A DNA stretch of 64,000 nt, from assembly GCA_023444705.1 (NCBI GenBank), contig JAEXMB010000095.1:762-64761 (forward strand), given 5' to 3'. This document shows, piece after piece, positions 27,737 through 37,946 of this stretch (the stretch's first letter is position 1; the number at the start of each line of letters is the position of its first letter). Below the pieces are notes generated by a model, which saw only the letters and a list, made by a program, of their open reading frames with translations, had not been told where the DNA came from and searched no databases. A program made the position numbers and the translations under genes. The DNA comes from Pseudomonadota bacterium. GTDB lineage: Bacteria; Pseudomonadota; Alphaproteobacteria; Micavibrionales; UBA2020.

Positions 27737-30724
27737 TCAGTAATCCCACTCCCAGAACAGGCCCGCACCCGCGCGCGCGTCCTGCCCGACCTCGCTTTCG
27801 ACCTTGATATTGGGCGTCAGCTCGATCTGCAATTTGGCATCGCCGCCTTTGTTGCCGCCGCCGACCTGCAGGTAGACGTTGTCCGACAGGTATTTTCCCG
27901 CACCGACCGATGTGCCGCCGTCTTCGGTGCTGTCGACGGACAGATCGTCAAGGCCAAAGCCGCTGCGCAGTTTGCCAAGCGGATCAAGGCCCTGACCGCC
28001 GCCTGAAAAACGTTGCAATGTCTGCGCCATCTGGATCGCCTGCGTGGGCGAGATATTGGCGCGGTCCTTGCCAAACAGGATATGCGACAGCACGTCTTCC
28101 TGCGGCAGGGCGGGGTTGCTTGTGAACGTGACTTTGGGTTTTGACGCGCTGCCGCCCAGAACGACCTGAGCGGTAATGTCGTCGACCTTGGTTTCCGCAA
28201 CGATGTCGAGATAAGGCGAGGGCGGAACGGCACCGATGAAGTCAAGACGCGCGCGCGCCAGCGTGAACTTGCGCCCGAACTCCTCATAGCGGCCGCGCAG
28301 GGATTGCAGGCTACCGTTGGCAACGGGGTCCTGTGCGGTGCCGCTGATGGCGATCTTGCCGCCAAATTCTGCATCAAGCCCCCAGCCGCGCACAAAAATC
28401 TGGCGCGGCATGTTGGCGGTCACGTCAAGCCTGAGCGCATCTAGGCCGGGCAGGGAAGAGTCGCGGCTTTGTCTTTTTTCGACGACATTCAGCTGCGGCA
28501 CAGACGAGCTGAACGTGGCAGGCAGGGTGATGTCGAGCCTGTCGCTGCCAATGGTGCCTGCCAGCAAATAGTTATTACGCTGCCCTGACAGGCGCAGGTC
28601 GGCATCAAGCACGCCATCAATTACCGGCATGGTCGATACCACCGCCGCACTGCGCGTGAACGGGTCGATCGCGGACATTTTCAGCGTCGCATCGACCGGC
28701 CAGCTGGCGGGCGCAAGCGTCAGGCGGCCGCTGGCTGCAAGCTTGCCCTTTTTCGCATCGCGCGCGCTCAGGGTGTCAATGGCGATGGCGTCTTTATCAA
28801 AACGTGCCTTGAGCGTGATGTCCTGCAAGGCAATCCCCGTGCCGCTGTCGCGGAGTTTGCCGCCGGAAATGTTCAGCGTACCCGCGCTGACGGGCGCAAG
28901 GGGGTTGCCGCTGGCGCTGGCGTTGAGGTCGGTATCGCCGCTCAGGGTCAGGCCCACGGGCAGAAAACCCGATAGCGCCGAAAGGTTGCCGCGCAACGCC
29001 GCCGTGGCATCCAGCCCTGTATCGGGCAAGGCGAAAGCGAAGGGATTGAGCGACAGCGTTATCGGCATGCGCGCGCTGATGTTGCCGCTGCGCAGGGCGC
29101 GGCTGTTGATCTTGGCGTCAAGGCGGGCCATGCCCTCGGCAATGCCCGCGGTGATATCGATGGACAGGGCGGGCGTGCCTTTGGGCAGGTTTGTGGGCGT
29201 AACGTGCGTGCTGGCCGCGATGACGGGGGCCGCCATGCTGCCCTTGGCGGTGATTGTGGTTTTCTCAAGCCGCAGGGGGGGTAGGCCACCTGCAAACAGC
29301 GGCCCTTGCAGACGGTCGGGGCGCAAGGCCGCGCTTGCCAGCGCAAGGTCCAGCGTCTGCATATCAATGCGGCCCGCTAGTGTCAGCTTGCCCGCTTTGC
29401 CAGCTGTGAGTGTGCTGTCGAGGTCTTCGACGCGCCAGTTTTCGCCGCTGTCGTCAAACAGCAGATTGGCACTGGCGGCGAGGGTGCTGTTGCTGAGCGC
29501 GTCTTTGGCGGACAGCGTGATGCTGCGGCTGCCATCGGGCGCGCCTGCAATCGGTGTTGTCGACAGCTTGACATCGCGCAGGTCGGCCAGATCGTGGCGC
29601 AGACGTCCGATGGCGAGGTTCAGCGTGGGGCCGTCAAACGACAGCGACGCATCCAGCGTTTCCTTGACCGGCACGGCATCGACTTGCGGTGCGAATTTCG
29701 CCAGCTCGCCAAAGTTGATTGCGGCGTCAAGCGCACCAGCCCACGTACCGTCGTCTTTCTGGCCAATATTGCCCTTGGCTTTTACACCGGGGCCGTCGGC
29801 GACAATGTCGCGGACGTCCAGATGCGCGCCGCGCTGGCGCAGGTTTGCGCTCAGGGAAACCGCCGCGTTGTCAGGCAGTGGCGCATGCAGCGAAAACGCC
29901 AGCGGCTCTTCGTCCTGCGCGGTGCGCGGCAGGGCCAGTTGCGCGCTCACGCTTTGGCTGAAGGTCGGCGTCGCCACGCTCAGGTCGTCGATGACGATGG
30001 CGGGGTGTTCGCCCTGCAAAACCAGCCGTGCGCGCAGCTCGCTGTCAAGACGTGAGTCGTCTTCGAGCAATCCGGTGGTGGAAAAAGACGCCTGCGTATA
30101 CAAACCGTCTTCGCTTTTTTCCGCCAGCAGGCGCAGGCTGGGCGACAGGACGGTTTGCGCCGTGCCGTCGCTGCCGATCATGGCCAGCTGGTTGATATGC
30201 AGGCCGTCAACAACGATGCGGCGCAGGGGCAGGCTGTCGAGCGTCTCTGCCAGCATTGCCGCATCGGGCAAGAGCGGGGCGGGTGCGCTGTCGTCGGGCG
30301 CGGCAGGCGCTGGCGCGGATGTTTCATGCACCAGCAGGCTGCGCACGCGCAGGTCAAGGCGCAACTCGCCATGCAGCAATCCGGCCAGTGCAGGGGTGAG
30401 CAGGATATTCTCGGCAACGATATAAGGCGCGCCGTTTTCCTGCACGCTCAGGCGTGACAGCGCAAGCTGGCTGGCGCCAAGGGCGCGCAGGCGGCCGACT
30501 TCGATCGTATAGCCGCTGTCTTGCGTCACTGCGCTCAGTTGTGCCGACAGCCATTTTTGCCCGGGCGCGGTCGAGGTCAGCACAAAGGCGCCGAGCGTCA
30601 GCACAATAAACGACACCATCAGCAATAGCATGACCACACTGGCCAGCGACAGCAGGCAGGCGAACAGCCAGCGCAAGGGGCGCGGCAGGGCGGGGATGTG
30701 CGCGGGCGTAAAGGGCAGTTTCAT
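27737..30724 (-). CDS. tamB: Translocation and assembly module subunit TamB (AsmA-like, DUF490)
   Basis: N-terminal anchor, long beta-rich repeats, and a DUF490 C-terminus (...YLQVGGGNKGGDAKLQIELTPNIKVESEVG...GLFWEWDY). Its start overlaps the tamA stop. Confidence 0.85.
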   Translation of the reverse strand: MKLPFTPAHIPALPRPLRWLFACLLSLASVVMLLLMVSFIVLTLGAFVLTSTAPGQKWLSAQLSAVTQDSGYTIEVGRLRALGASQLALSRLSVQENGAPYIVAENILLTPALAGLLHGELRLDLRVRSLLVHETSAPAPAAPDDSAPAPLLPDAAMLAETLDSLPLRRIVVDGLHINQLAMIGSDGTAQTVLSPSLRLLAEKSEDGLYTQASFSTTGLLEDDSRLDSELRARLVLQGEHPAIVIDDLSVATPTFSQSVSAQLALPRTAQDEEPLAFSLHAPLPDNAAVSLSANLRQRGAHLDVRDIVADGPGVKAKGNIGQKDDGTWAGALDAAINFGELAKFAPQVDAVPVKETLDASLSFDGPTLNLAIGRLRHDLADLRDVKLSTTPIAGAPDGSRSITLSAKDALSNSTLAASANLLFDDSGENWRVEDLDSTLTAGKAGKLTLAGRIDMQTLDLALASAALRPDRLQGPLFAGGLPPLRLEKTTITAKGSMAAPVIAASTHVTPTNLPKGTPALSIDITAGIAEGMARLDAKINSRALRSGNISARMPITLSLNPFAFALPDTGLDATAALRGNLSALSGFLPVGLTLSGDTDLNASASGNPLAPVSAGTLNISGGKLRDSGTGIALQDITLKARFDKDAIAIDTLSARDAKKGKLAASGRLTLAPASWPVDATLKMSAIDPFTRSAAVVSTMPVIDGVLDADLRLSGQRNNYLLAGTIGSDRLDITLPATFSSSVPQLNVVEKRQSRDSSLPGLDALRLDVTANMPRQIFVRGWGLDAEFGGKIAISGTAQDPVANGSLQSLRGRYEEFGRKFTLARARLDFIGAVPPSPYLDIVAETKVDDITAQVVLGGSASKPKVTFTSNPALPQEDVLSHILFGKDRANISPTQAIQMAQTLQRFSGGGQGLDPLGKLRSGFGLDDLSVDSTEDGGTSVGAGKYLSDNVYLQVGGGNKGGDAKLQIELTPNIKVESEVGQDARAGAGLFWEWDY

Positions 30725-32532
30725 CAGAACGCCTGCCCGAGGCTGATGTAGAACTGCACCTTGTCGGCGGTTTGGTCCTGATTGTTGAGCGGCGTTGCGA
30801 TGTCAAAGCGGATGGGGCCGACGGCCGTGTAGTAGCGCAGGCCCACGCCCGCGCCGACGGAAGTTTGCGAAAAGTCAGGCGTGCTTTCCTCGGTCAGGCT
30901 GCCGGCATCGACGAAGGCGACGGCGCCGTAATCCTCGTTGAACTTGTGGCGCAGCTCGACGCTACCTTCGGCCACGCCGCGCCCGCCGGTGGGGTCGCCG
31001 TTGCGCTGCGGGCCGATCGACTGATAGGCAAAGCCGCGCACCGACCCGCTGCCGCCGGTGTAAAAACGCTCATCCGCGGGCACATCGGCCAGCGTCGCGC
31101 CCTGGATGGCGCCGAGCTTGCCGCGCAAGGCCAGCACCGTATCGTCGCCGATGGGCTGGTAGCGCCGCACTGTGGCCGACATCTTCACAAACGGCGCTGC
31201 GGAGCCGAGGGTATTGAAGTAAGGCTCGGCCTCCGCCTCAAGGAACCAGCCGCGCCTGGCGTCGAGCGGATTGTTGCGGCTGTCATAGGCGATGGTTTGG
31301 GGAAAGGAGATCAGGCCGAAGTCTTTTTGTTCGAGCGTCAGATTGTCGTCGATCTGGCTGTAGGTGAAGTTGACGCCTGTACTGACGCTTAGGCGGCGCG
31401 TCAGCGTGCGGCTGACGGCAGCACCCGCACTGATTGATTTGCTTTCGTAGGCATCGGTGTCTTCTTTTTTGATGCCTGCGTTAAGTAACAGCTTTTGGTC
31501 GTCACGCAGAAAGAAAGGCGAGGTCAGCGTGGATTGCAGGCTTTGCTCGATCGACGACAGCTTCAGAACCACATCCAGCAACTCCGCCCCGCCGAGCAGG
31601 TTGCGGTGCTTCCAGCCCAGCGACAGGCCCGGCCCTTCGTCGCTGTAATAGGTCAGGCCGGCATTAAAGCTGCGGTGGGGGCGTTCGGTGACCTTGACGG
31701 TCATGTCAACGGCACCGTCCTTGCCGGGCTTTTTCGGCATGACAATATCAACGCCGGAAAACAGCCCGCTTTGAAACAGCGCGCCGCGCAGGTCTTCGAC
31801 CTTGCTCTGGCGAAAGCAATCGCCCGCATCCCACGGTACGTTCTTTTGCAGGTAAGATTCATTCACCGTCTGCTGTCCGGTGAAGGTGACCGCGCCCAGC
31901 TTGGCCTCGGGCCCTTGCGACAGCATGAATTCAAGGTCCGCCGTCTTGCGCTTGCGGTCGATGACGGCGGTATGGTCGATGGTGGTGCCATAGCGGCAGC
32001 TGTGACGGTCAAGGCGCTTTTGCACGTCCTCTTTCGTCTCCAGTACCGTTTTCGCATCCAGCGGCAGGCCCTTGAGGTCGGCCAGCATGGCAAGGTCTTT
32101 GCGCTCGCGTTCGTCGGGGTTACCGCCCTTGATGCTGACTTTGGCGATGCTATAGCGCGTGCCAGGGTCGAGCGCGAAGGCACCGTCCCATGTCTGCTTG
32201 CTGGGGGTAAAGGCGACGGTGCCGTCGTAGTAGCCGAGCGAGTGCAGCTTTTCGGTCATATGCTGGCGCATGGTTTCGCCCGCCTGCTGGGCGGCGGCGT
32301 CGACCTGCTTGTCGTCTTCGGGCAGGGTGATGGTTTTGGTTTCGTCCTTGAAATAGCTTTCGATGTCGCGGGCGATGTCTTCGTCGGCGGGTAGTCCGGT
32401 CAGGCTGTAATCGGGGCTGAAGAACATGCGGTCCAGACAGCCTGCCAGCATCAGGCACAGCAACAGCACGACGGCCAGCGCGAACGGCTGGCGGCAACGG
32501 GGCGTGCGGTGATGATCGATGCGGTGGCTCAT
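30724..32532 (-). CDS. tamA: TamA, Omp85/BamA-family outer-membrane protein
   Basis: POTRA-like N-terminal region and an Omp85 barrel (RFYTGGSGSVRGF..., C-terminal ...FYISLGQAF). Lipobox-like LMLAGC. I chose the start MSHRIDH at 32532. Confidence 0.85.
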   Translation of the reverse strand: MSHRIDHHRTPRCRQPFALAVVLLLCLMLAGCLDRMFFSPDYSLTGLPADEDIARDIESYFKDETKTITLPEDDKQVDAAAQQAGETMRQHMTEKLHSLGYYDGTVAFTPSKQTWDGAFALDPGTRYSIAKVSIKGGNPDERERKDLAMLADLKGLPLDAKTVLETKEDVQKRLDRHSCRYGTTIDHTAVIDRKRKTADLEFMLSQGPEAKLGAVTFTGQQTVNESYLQKNVPWDAGDCFRQSKVEDLRGALFQSGLFSGVDIVMPKKPGKDGAVDMTVKVTERPHRSFNAGLTYYSDEGPGLSLGWKHRNLLGGAELLDVVLKLSSIEQSLQSTLTSPFFLRDDQKLLLNAGIKKEDTDAYESKSISAGAAVSRTLTRRLSVSTGVNFTYSQIDDNLTLEQKDFGLISFPQTIAYDSRNNPLDARRGWFLEAEAEPYFNTLGSAAPFVKMSATVRRYQPIGDDTVLALRGKLGAIQGATLADVPADERFYTGGSGSVRGFAYQSIGPQRNGDPTGGRGVAEGSVELRHKFNEDYGAVAFVDAGSLTEESTPDFSQTSVGAGVGLRYYTAVGPIRFDIATPLNNQDQTADKVQFYISLGQAF

Positions 32533-32733
32533 GATGAAACCCTTATAACGCAAAAGGCAGGCTAACCCTATGGGAAAGATCGTTAAATTGACATACACAG
32601 TGTGGCGCGCGGGTATAAAATTATGAAAAAATAAAAAGCAGCCACCTTCAGGTTGTCTGCGGGGGCCGGCGGATTTAAGATATGATCCTGTTTTAATTCA
32701 AGATTCCCTGCCAGCAGGGGGCGAGAGGAAAAG

Positions 32734-33240
32734 ATGCCACGCAAGACTTCGCGCGCGCACCATCACCGCGCTGGCGCCGTAGCGGCCGCCACCCTTGTTT
32801 TCGCGCCTTCCGCCGGTGCCGATGAGGCTCCCCGCGCACCCGCGCTGACGCAGGGCGAGACCTGGTGGTATTCGCAAAGTCTGAATTCCGTGCTGGCGTT
32901 TCGTCCTTGCCCCGAGCGTAATTTATGCGCGCGCATCGTCTGGCACGCGGCGCACGACCGCCGCCTTGCCGATACGTTCGAGCCACAACAGCGCGGCGCA
33001 CCGCCCGCCAATGTCTGCAACTATCACCTGCAGGCACAGTTCAATCGCGTCAATGCCAACCGCTGGGATGGCCACCTTGCTATCCCGCGCCGCAACCTGA
33101 GTGCGGGGCTTCGCCTTGAGGTGCGCAGCGCCGCGGAAATCCGCCTGCACGCGCGCGCGGGCCTGCTGTTTCGCAGCGAAACCTTGCGCAACGTCCCCGT
33201 GGGCGACGCGCGTTACGCCAACTGCCGCCCTGTGCGCTAA
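32734..33240 (+). CDS. DUF2147-like periplasmic protein
   Basis: Signal-like N-terminus. The pattern G.W...C....LC.RIVW ... W.G.L ... resembles DUF2147. This is a weak, motif-level call only. Confidence 0.5.
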   Translation: MPRKTSRAHHHRAGAVAAATLVFAPSAGADEAPRAPALTQGETWWYSQSLNSVLAFRPCPERNLCARIVWHAAHDRRLADTFEPQQRGAPPANVCNYHLQAQFNRVNANRWDGHLAIPRRNLSAGLRLEVRSAAEIRLHARAGLLFRSETLRNVPVGDARYANCRPVR

Positions 33241-33268
33241 CGTCATCGAAAGCCCGCGCTGATCCCCC

Positions 33269-34132
33269 ATGTTTGAAACCCGCCTGATCGACGTCGCCGG
33301 ATTGCCTTTTCCGTGCCGCATTGCCGCCACGGTCTTTGCACCGCAGGAGCAAAGCCGCGGCGTTGTGCTGGCCGTGCATGGCCTCTCGCGGCAAAAGCGC
33401 GACTTCGACGATATGGCGGTATATCTGGCGCAGAGCGGCTATACGGTTTATTGCGTCGATGTGCCCGGGCGCGGCGGCAGCAGCTGGTTGCCATCTGCGG
33501 ATGATTACAATCTTGATACCTACGCCCGCGTGCTGGCCGCGCTGATCGACCAGCAGGGCTGGGGGCGCGTGCATTGGGTGGGTAGCTCGATGGGCGGGCT
33601 GATCGCCATGACTTTGCCCGCGATTGATCGCGCGGATGTGCTGCGCAGCCTGACGCTGATCGATGTCACGCATAAACCCAATGCCGCGGCTTGCGCGCGC
33701 ATTGCCTCTTATATGCCCGATACGCTGCCGCTGATCACGGACCGTGCGGCCTATCTGGCCTTCGTCAAGCAAAACCTGCCGCTTGGCCCCGTCGGCGAGG
33801 ACGTCTGGGCGCGCTTTGCCGATCATCAGCTGGTGGCCGTGCCGGGCGGGTATGTCGCGCACTTTGACCCCAACCTTGTGCCATTGGCAAAGCAGGTGCT
33901 GGCCGAAGGGATTGATCTGACGCAGGGTGTGGCCGCGCTTGATTGTCCGCTGTCGCTGGTGGCGGGGGAAATCTCCGACCTGTGCGGCGCGCGCGAAATT
34001 GCCGACCTGAAAGCAATCAAGCCGGACATGCCGGTATTTATCTGCGCAGGTGCGGGGCATATTCCGGCACTTGCCGATGATGCCAGCAATGCCTTCATCG
34101 CGGCCTTCCTGCATGATGCGGAGGCCGCATGA
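33269..34132 (+). CDS. Alpha/beta-fold hydrolase
   Basis: HGLSRQKRDFD..., nucleophile elbow VGSSMGG, and a C-terminal GAGHIP histidine motif. Confidence 0.8.
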   Translation: MFETRLIDVAGLPFPCRIAATVFAPQEQSRGVVLAVHGLSRQKRDFDDMAVYLAQSGYTVYCVDVPGRGGSSWLPSADDYNLDTYARVLAALIDQQGWGRVHWVGSSMGGLIAMTLPAIDRADVLRSLTLIDVTHKPNAAACARIASYMPDTLPLITDRAAYLAFVKQNLPLGPVGEDVWARFADHQLVAVPGGYVAHFDPNLVPLAKQVLAEGIDLTQGVAALDCPLSLVAGEISDLCGAREIADLKAIKPDMPVFICAGAGHIPALADDASNAFIAAFLHDAEAA

Positions 34133-37100
34133 TCCGCCGCACGCTTAGCAAAGCCGCCATCCTGACGCTTGAAATCGCGGGGCTTGTCGTTCTGACGGGG
34201 CTGGCTGCGGCGCTGGCGCTGATGCTGCGTCTGCAGCAAGGGCCGCTGCCGCTTGATTTCCTGACCGAGCGCATGGAGGGCGCGTTTGCGCGTTATCAAA
34301 ACGGCTTTGTCTTTGACATCGCGCGAACCACGCTGATCTGGGGCGGGCGCAATGATCCATTTATGCTGGAAATGCACGATGTGCGCGTGCGCCGCAGCGA
34401 CCAGACGCCCGTGGCGGTGGTTGGGCGCGCGCGCGTGACGTTGTCAAAGCGCGGGCTGCTGATCGGCCGCATCATTCCCAAGGAATTCTACCTCTACAGC
34501 CCTGTGGTGCGCGTGGTGCGCAACGCCGACGGCGCCTTTTCGCTCAATGTCGGGCATGGCGGCGACCTGTCGACGCCAGCCGCTGTTGAAAAAGCATGGG
34601 ATGACACGGTCGAGCGCGCGCAGGAAAACGATCCCGTCGCGCAAAAGCAATTCATCGCCACGCTGATGGAGCGCATGCGCAATCCCGAATGGCATGGGGT
34701 GCTGGGTGGTTTGAACCGCATCACCATCGACGATGCGGCCTTGGCCTATGACGACCGCGTACTGGGCGTGGTCTGGCGGGCCGAACGCGCCAAGATCGTG
34801 CTGGCGCGCGTGGACCGCGGTATCGTCGCCGATACGGTGTTCGAGGGCGATTTCGGCGCGGGCGCGGGCGCGCCGCATGCTGTTGTGCGCCTGCGCGCAA
34901 GCCATGTCTGGGAACGCGCGCAAACCAATATCGAAGCGTTTTTCAGCGGTATCAATCCCGCTGTACTGGCACGTCAGAGCGAAAAGCTGGCCGTCGTGCG
35001 CGACATCGACGTCGCCCTGAAAGGTCAGGCGACGCTGACGCTGGACGACACCATGCACCCCGAGCATGTGTCCGCCATGATCGGCAGCGACGCGGGGCGG
35101 TTTAATGCGCTCGATCTTTATCCGGCACCTGTCGATATCGCGGGCTTCGTCGTTTCCGGCACTTATGACCTCAAGACCGGCAAGGGCGACATCAGCGACC
35201 TGCGCATTAATTTCGGCGGGCCGCACATCAAGGCGGCGGCGCAGATCGCGCGCGCCCTGCCGCATACGGCACCGGACGGCAGCACCGTAGATGTGAACGG
35301 GCAGCTTGTTTCCCTGCAGGGGGTGCTGACAGATATGCCGATGGATGATCTTGGCCGCTTCTGGTCGGCCAAGCTGGCACCCGACGCGCAACACTGGGTA
35401 ACCACGAACCTCAAGGACGGCACGGCGCAGACGGCCAGCATCGACATGACACTGCTGCGCGGCGATGACGGCGCCGTCAGCCTGCAAAAGCTGGGCGGGG
35501 AGATCGCATTCAGCGGCCTGAGCGTCAATTACTTCCCGCCGATGCGCAAGGTCGAAAAGGTCGACGGCATAGCGACTTACGATGCCGACAGCTTTAATAT
35601 CAAGGTCAGCGCTGGCACGCTTGGGGACATCAAGGTCACCGGCGGCACGGTCGATATCACCGACCTTGCCCATAGCAAAAGCGAAGACAAGCACGCGCGC
35701 ATCGATATTGCCGTATCGCTGTCGGGGCCGCTGAAGACCGCGCTTGAGGTGATCGACAGCGAGCCATTGCGCTACCCGTCCAAGCTGGGGCTGAAAACCG
35801 ACGGAGTAAAGGGACAGGCGCAAACCGACGTCACATTCGGCTTTCCACTGCACCATGCCCTGCATATCGACGAGGTCGAGGTGAGCGCGAAATCGCAGAT
35901 TAACGATGCGGTGCTGCCCGCTGTTGCGCTCGGCCAGCCGCTGAGCGGCGGGCCGTTTGCCCTGACGCTGGACAAAGGGCACTTGAACGTCAAGGGCGAT
36001 GGGCGTTTTGGCGATGCGGGCATCAAGCTTGACTGGAACAAGAACTTCACCGACCAAAGCAAACCCGCGATGGAATTGGCTGCGACGCTGACCGCACCGG
36101 CGGATATGCTGCATCTCTTTGGCGTGCCTGCCATGCTCAAGCCCTCGGGCTTTTTGCCTGCGCAGCTGTCGCTGAGCCAGCGCCATGACGGTACGGCCAC
36201 GCTTGTGCTTGACGGTGACCTCGCGCCGCTTGGTTTCAGCGTTGATATGATCGGCGCCAGCAAAGGCGAGGGGCAACCGGGCACGCTGGCGCTCGAACTC
36301 GACATGAAAGACAACCGTCCCGTCAGTCTGCGCAGGATCGCGGTGGATTCACCGGCGCTCAGCGTGCAGGGGCGCATTGATTTCTCCGCCGCTACGGGCG
36401 GTGAAACCACCATCAGCCGCGTGGGTTTAAGCGCGCTGCGCTTTGGACAGAGCGACCTTAACGAAGTGGTGGCGTCCTTTGCGCCGGGGTCAGCGGCCTA
36501 TGATATTGCGGTCAAGGGCAGGCAACTCGATGCGTCATCATTGTTTGCGTCCGACGATACCCCCAATTCCGACGAAGCCGCGTCGCGCAAAGTCACGCCG
36601 CTGAGCCTTTCGGTTGCGGTCGACCGCCTGATCACCGGCGAGAACAAGGGGCTTGATGCCGTCACGCTCAGGCTGATGCGCAACGACTTTAGCCGTATCG
36701 AGCAACTGGAGCTAAACGCGACCGCAGGCGGCAAGCCCTTGCTGGTGCGCTATCTGCCTGCCCCCACGGGCGGCAAGGCGCTGCGTGTTGAGGCCGGTAA
36801 CGCAGGTGCGGCGCTTGCGGCGCTGGGTGTGACGTCGGCTGTGCAGGGCGGGCAACTGGTCGTGGATGGCCAACCCGCGGTCAAGCCTGACAACGCGCGC
36901 GAGACGGCGCGCGATCTTGACGGCACGGTGGTGCTAAGCAATTTCGAGGTGCGCGGCGCGCCGATCCTTGCCAAGCTGCTCAATGCAATGTCACTCTCTG
37001 GCATTCGCGACTTGCTTAATAACAAGGGCCTGTCGTTCAAGCGTGCGCGGGTGCGTTTTAGCTATCTTGACCGTGGCCAGCCCGCAACCGACCGCAACCA

Positions 37101-37401
37101 GCGTCTGGTGCGCCTGTCGCAGGGGCAGACCTCGGGCGCGTCGCTCGGGCTGATGTTCGAGGGCAATATCGATTTGTGGCGCAAGGTTTATGAACTTAAC
37201 GGCACCATCGTTCCGGTATCAGACCTCAATACCCTGCTTGATAAAATCCCCCTGCTGGGCGATGTGCTGACGGCGGGCGGAGAGGGCATTTTTGCCGCCA
37301 CCTACAAAATCACCGGACCGCAAAAAGACCCCGAGGTCAGTGTCAACCCGCTATCGGTGCTTGCACCCGGCGTCTTGCGCAAGATTTTCTTTGAAGATTA
37401 A
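34129..37401 (+). CDS. Large AsmA-superfamily / DUF3971-type envelope protein (YhdP-like)
   Basis: Single N-terminal TM (ILTLEIAGLVVLTGLAAALALML) and 1090 aa of beta-rich sequence. The C-terminus ...GEGIFAATYKITGPQKDPEVSVNPLSVLAPGVLRKIF is typical of the YhdP/DUF3971 family. Coupled by ATGA to the hydrolase gene. Confidence 0.8.
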   Translation: MIRRTLSKAAILTLEIAGLVVLTGLAAALALMLRLQQGPLPLDFLTERMEGAFARYQNGFVFDIARTTLIWGGRNDPFMLEMHDVRVRRSDQTPVAVVGRARVTLSKRGLLIGRIIPKEFYLYSPVVRVVRNADGAFSLNVGHGGDLSTPAAVEKAWDDTVERAQENDPVAQKQFIATLMERMRNPEWHGVLGGLNRITIDDAALAYDDRVLGVVWRAERAKIVLARVDRGIVADTVFEGDFGAGAGAPHAVVRLRASHVWERAQTNIEAFFSGINPAVLARQSEKLAVVRDIDVALKGQATLTLDDTMHPEHVSAMIGSDAGRFNALDLYPAPVDIAGFVVSGTYDLKTGKGDISDLRINFGGPHIKAAAQIARALPHTAPDGSTVDVNGQLVSLQGVLTDMPMDDLGRFWSAKLAPDAQHWVTTNLKDGTAQTASIDMTLLRGDDGAVSLQKLGGEIAFSGLSVNYFPPMRKVEKVDGIATYDADSFNIKVSAGTLGDIKVTGGTVDITDLAHSKSEDKHARIDIAVSLSGPLKTALEVIDSEPLRYPSKLGLKTDGVKGQAQTDVTFGFPLHHALHIDEVEVSAKSQINDAVLPAVALGQPLSGGPFALTLDKGHLNVKGDGRFGDAGIKLDWNKNFTDQSKPAMELAATLTAPADMLHLFGVPAMLKPSGFLPAQLSLSQRHDGTATLVLDGDLAPLGFSVDMIGASKGEGQPGTLALELDMKDNRPVSLRRIAVDSPALSVQGRIDFSAATGGETTISRVGLSALRFGQSDLNEVVASFAPGSAAYDIAVKGRQLDASSLFASDDTPNSDEAASRKVTPLSLSVAVDRLITGENKGLDAVTLRLMRNDFSRIEQLELNATAGGKPLLVRYLPAPTGGKALRVEAGNAGAALAALGVTSAVQGGQLVVDGQPAVKPDNARETARDLDGTVVLSNFEVRGAPILAKLLNAMSLSGIRDLLNNKGLSFKRARVRFSYLDRGQPATDRNQRLVRLSQGQTSGASLGLMFEGNIDLWRKVYELNGTIVPVSDLNTLLDKIPLLGDVLTAGGEGIFAATYKITGPQKDPEVSVNPLSVLAPGVLRKIFFED

Positions 37402-37620
37402 AGGCTTAAGCCTGATTTGACAGGGGAGGGCGCGGCGCAATAGAATGCAGCCTTTCCGGAGTTCGCGATGCCGCGTTTTTATTTCAAGATGCCTTTCACA
37501 AAAAGCCTTTCCTATGCGTTCGCCCGCGTGAGCGGGGCGGCTGTTTTGTTTACCAATATTGTCTGCCGCGCAGGGCATGACGGCGGGCGCACGGATTTGC
37601 GCCGTACTGTGGGGCAGGGC

Positions 37621-37941
37621 ATGAACAACCGCTACTCCTTTATCTGGTATGAGATGCGGCCGTTGCCCGATGACGCAACGCTTTACAGTATCGAGCGGTG
37701 TTCCTACACGCGCAACAGCTGGGCGGGGATCAGCGGCGCGCGCGTATATAACCAGCAACGCTACCGCCGTCCGCAGCTCAGCCCGCGTCATGGCGTTTAT
37801 TTCTCGCGTCACGAAGCGGTCGCGGAGATGAAGCGCCTTGAACAAAACCTGCTGGAAAAAGAAGGCTACGTTGCCGTCAGCAACACGCCTGCAGCGATGA
37901 AAGCCCTGAGCGTTCACAAGGTGCCGTTTTACGGGCGCTAG
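37621..37941 (+). CDS. Small hypothetical protein, possibly WGR-domain-like
   Basis: G/C-rich third positions from the ATG at 37621. SWAGISGARVY...FSRHEAVAEMKRLEQNLLEKEGY loosely resembles WGRIGxxGQ...F.s..eA...f..l...K..KGY. The track ORF starts at 37468, but that part looks non-coding. Confidence 0.4.
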   Translation: MNNRYSFIWYEMRPLPDDATLYSIERCSYTRNSWAGISGARVYNQQRYRRPQLSPRHGVYFSRHEAVAEMKRLEQNLLEKEGYVAVSNTPAAMKALSVHKVPFYGR

Positions 37942-37946
37942 GCGCT

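Noticed and set aside
28629-30425. 598-aa plus-strand ORF rich in Ser/Ala/Arg
   Set aside because: It is antisense to tamB, which is supported by its DUF490 C-terminus and its coupling with tamA. I see no motifs in this ORF.
34444-36276. 610-aa minus-strand ORF
   Set aside because: It is antisense to the YhdP/DUF3971-like gene, and its composition is that of a shadow frame.
37468-37620. N-terminal 51 codons of the track ORF 37468-37941
   Set aside because: The codon usage is AT-rich and the peptide is odd (MPRFYFKMPFTKSLSY…). The coding-like signal begins at the ATG at 37621.
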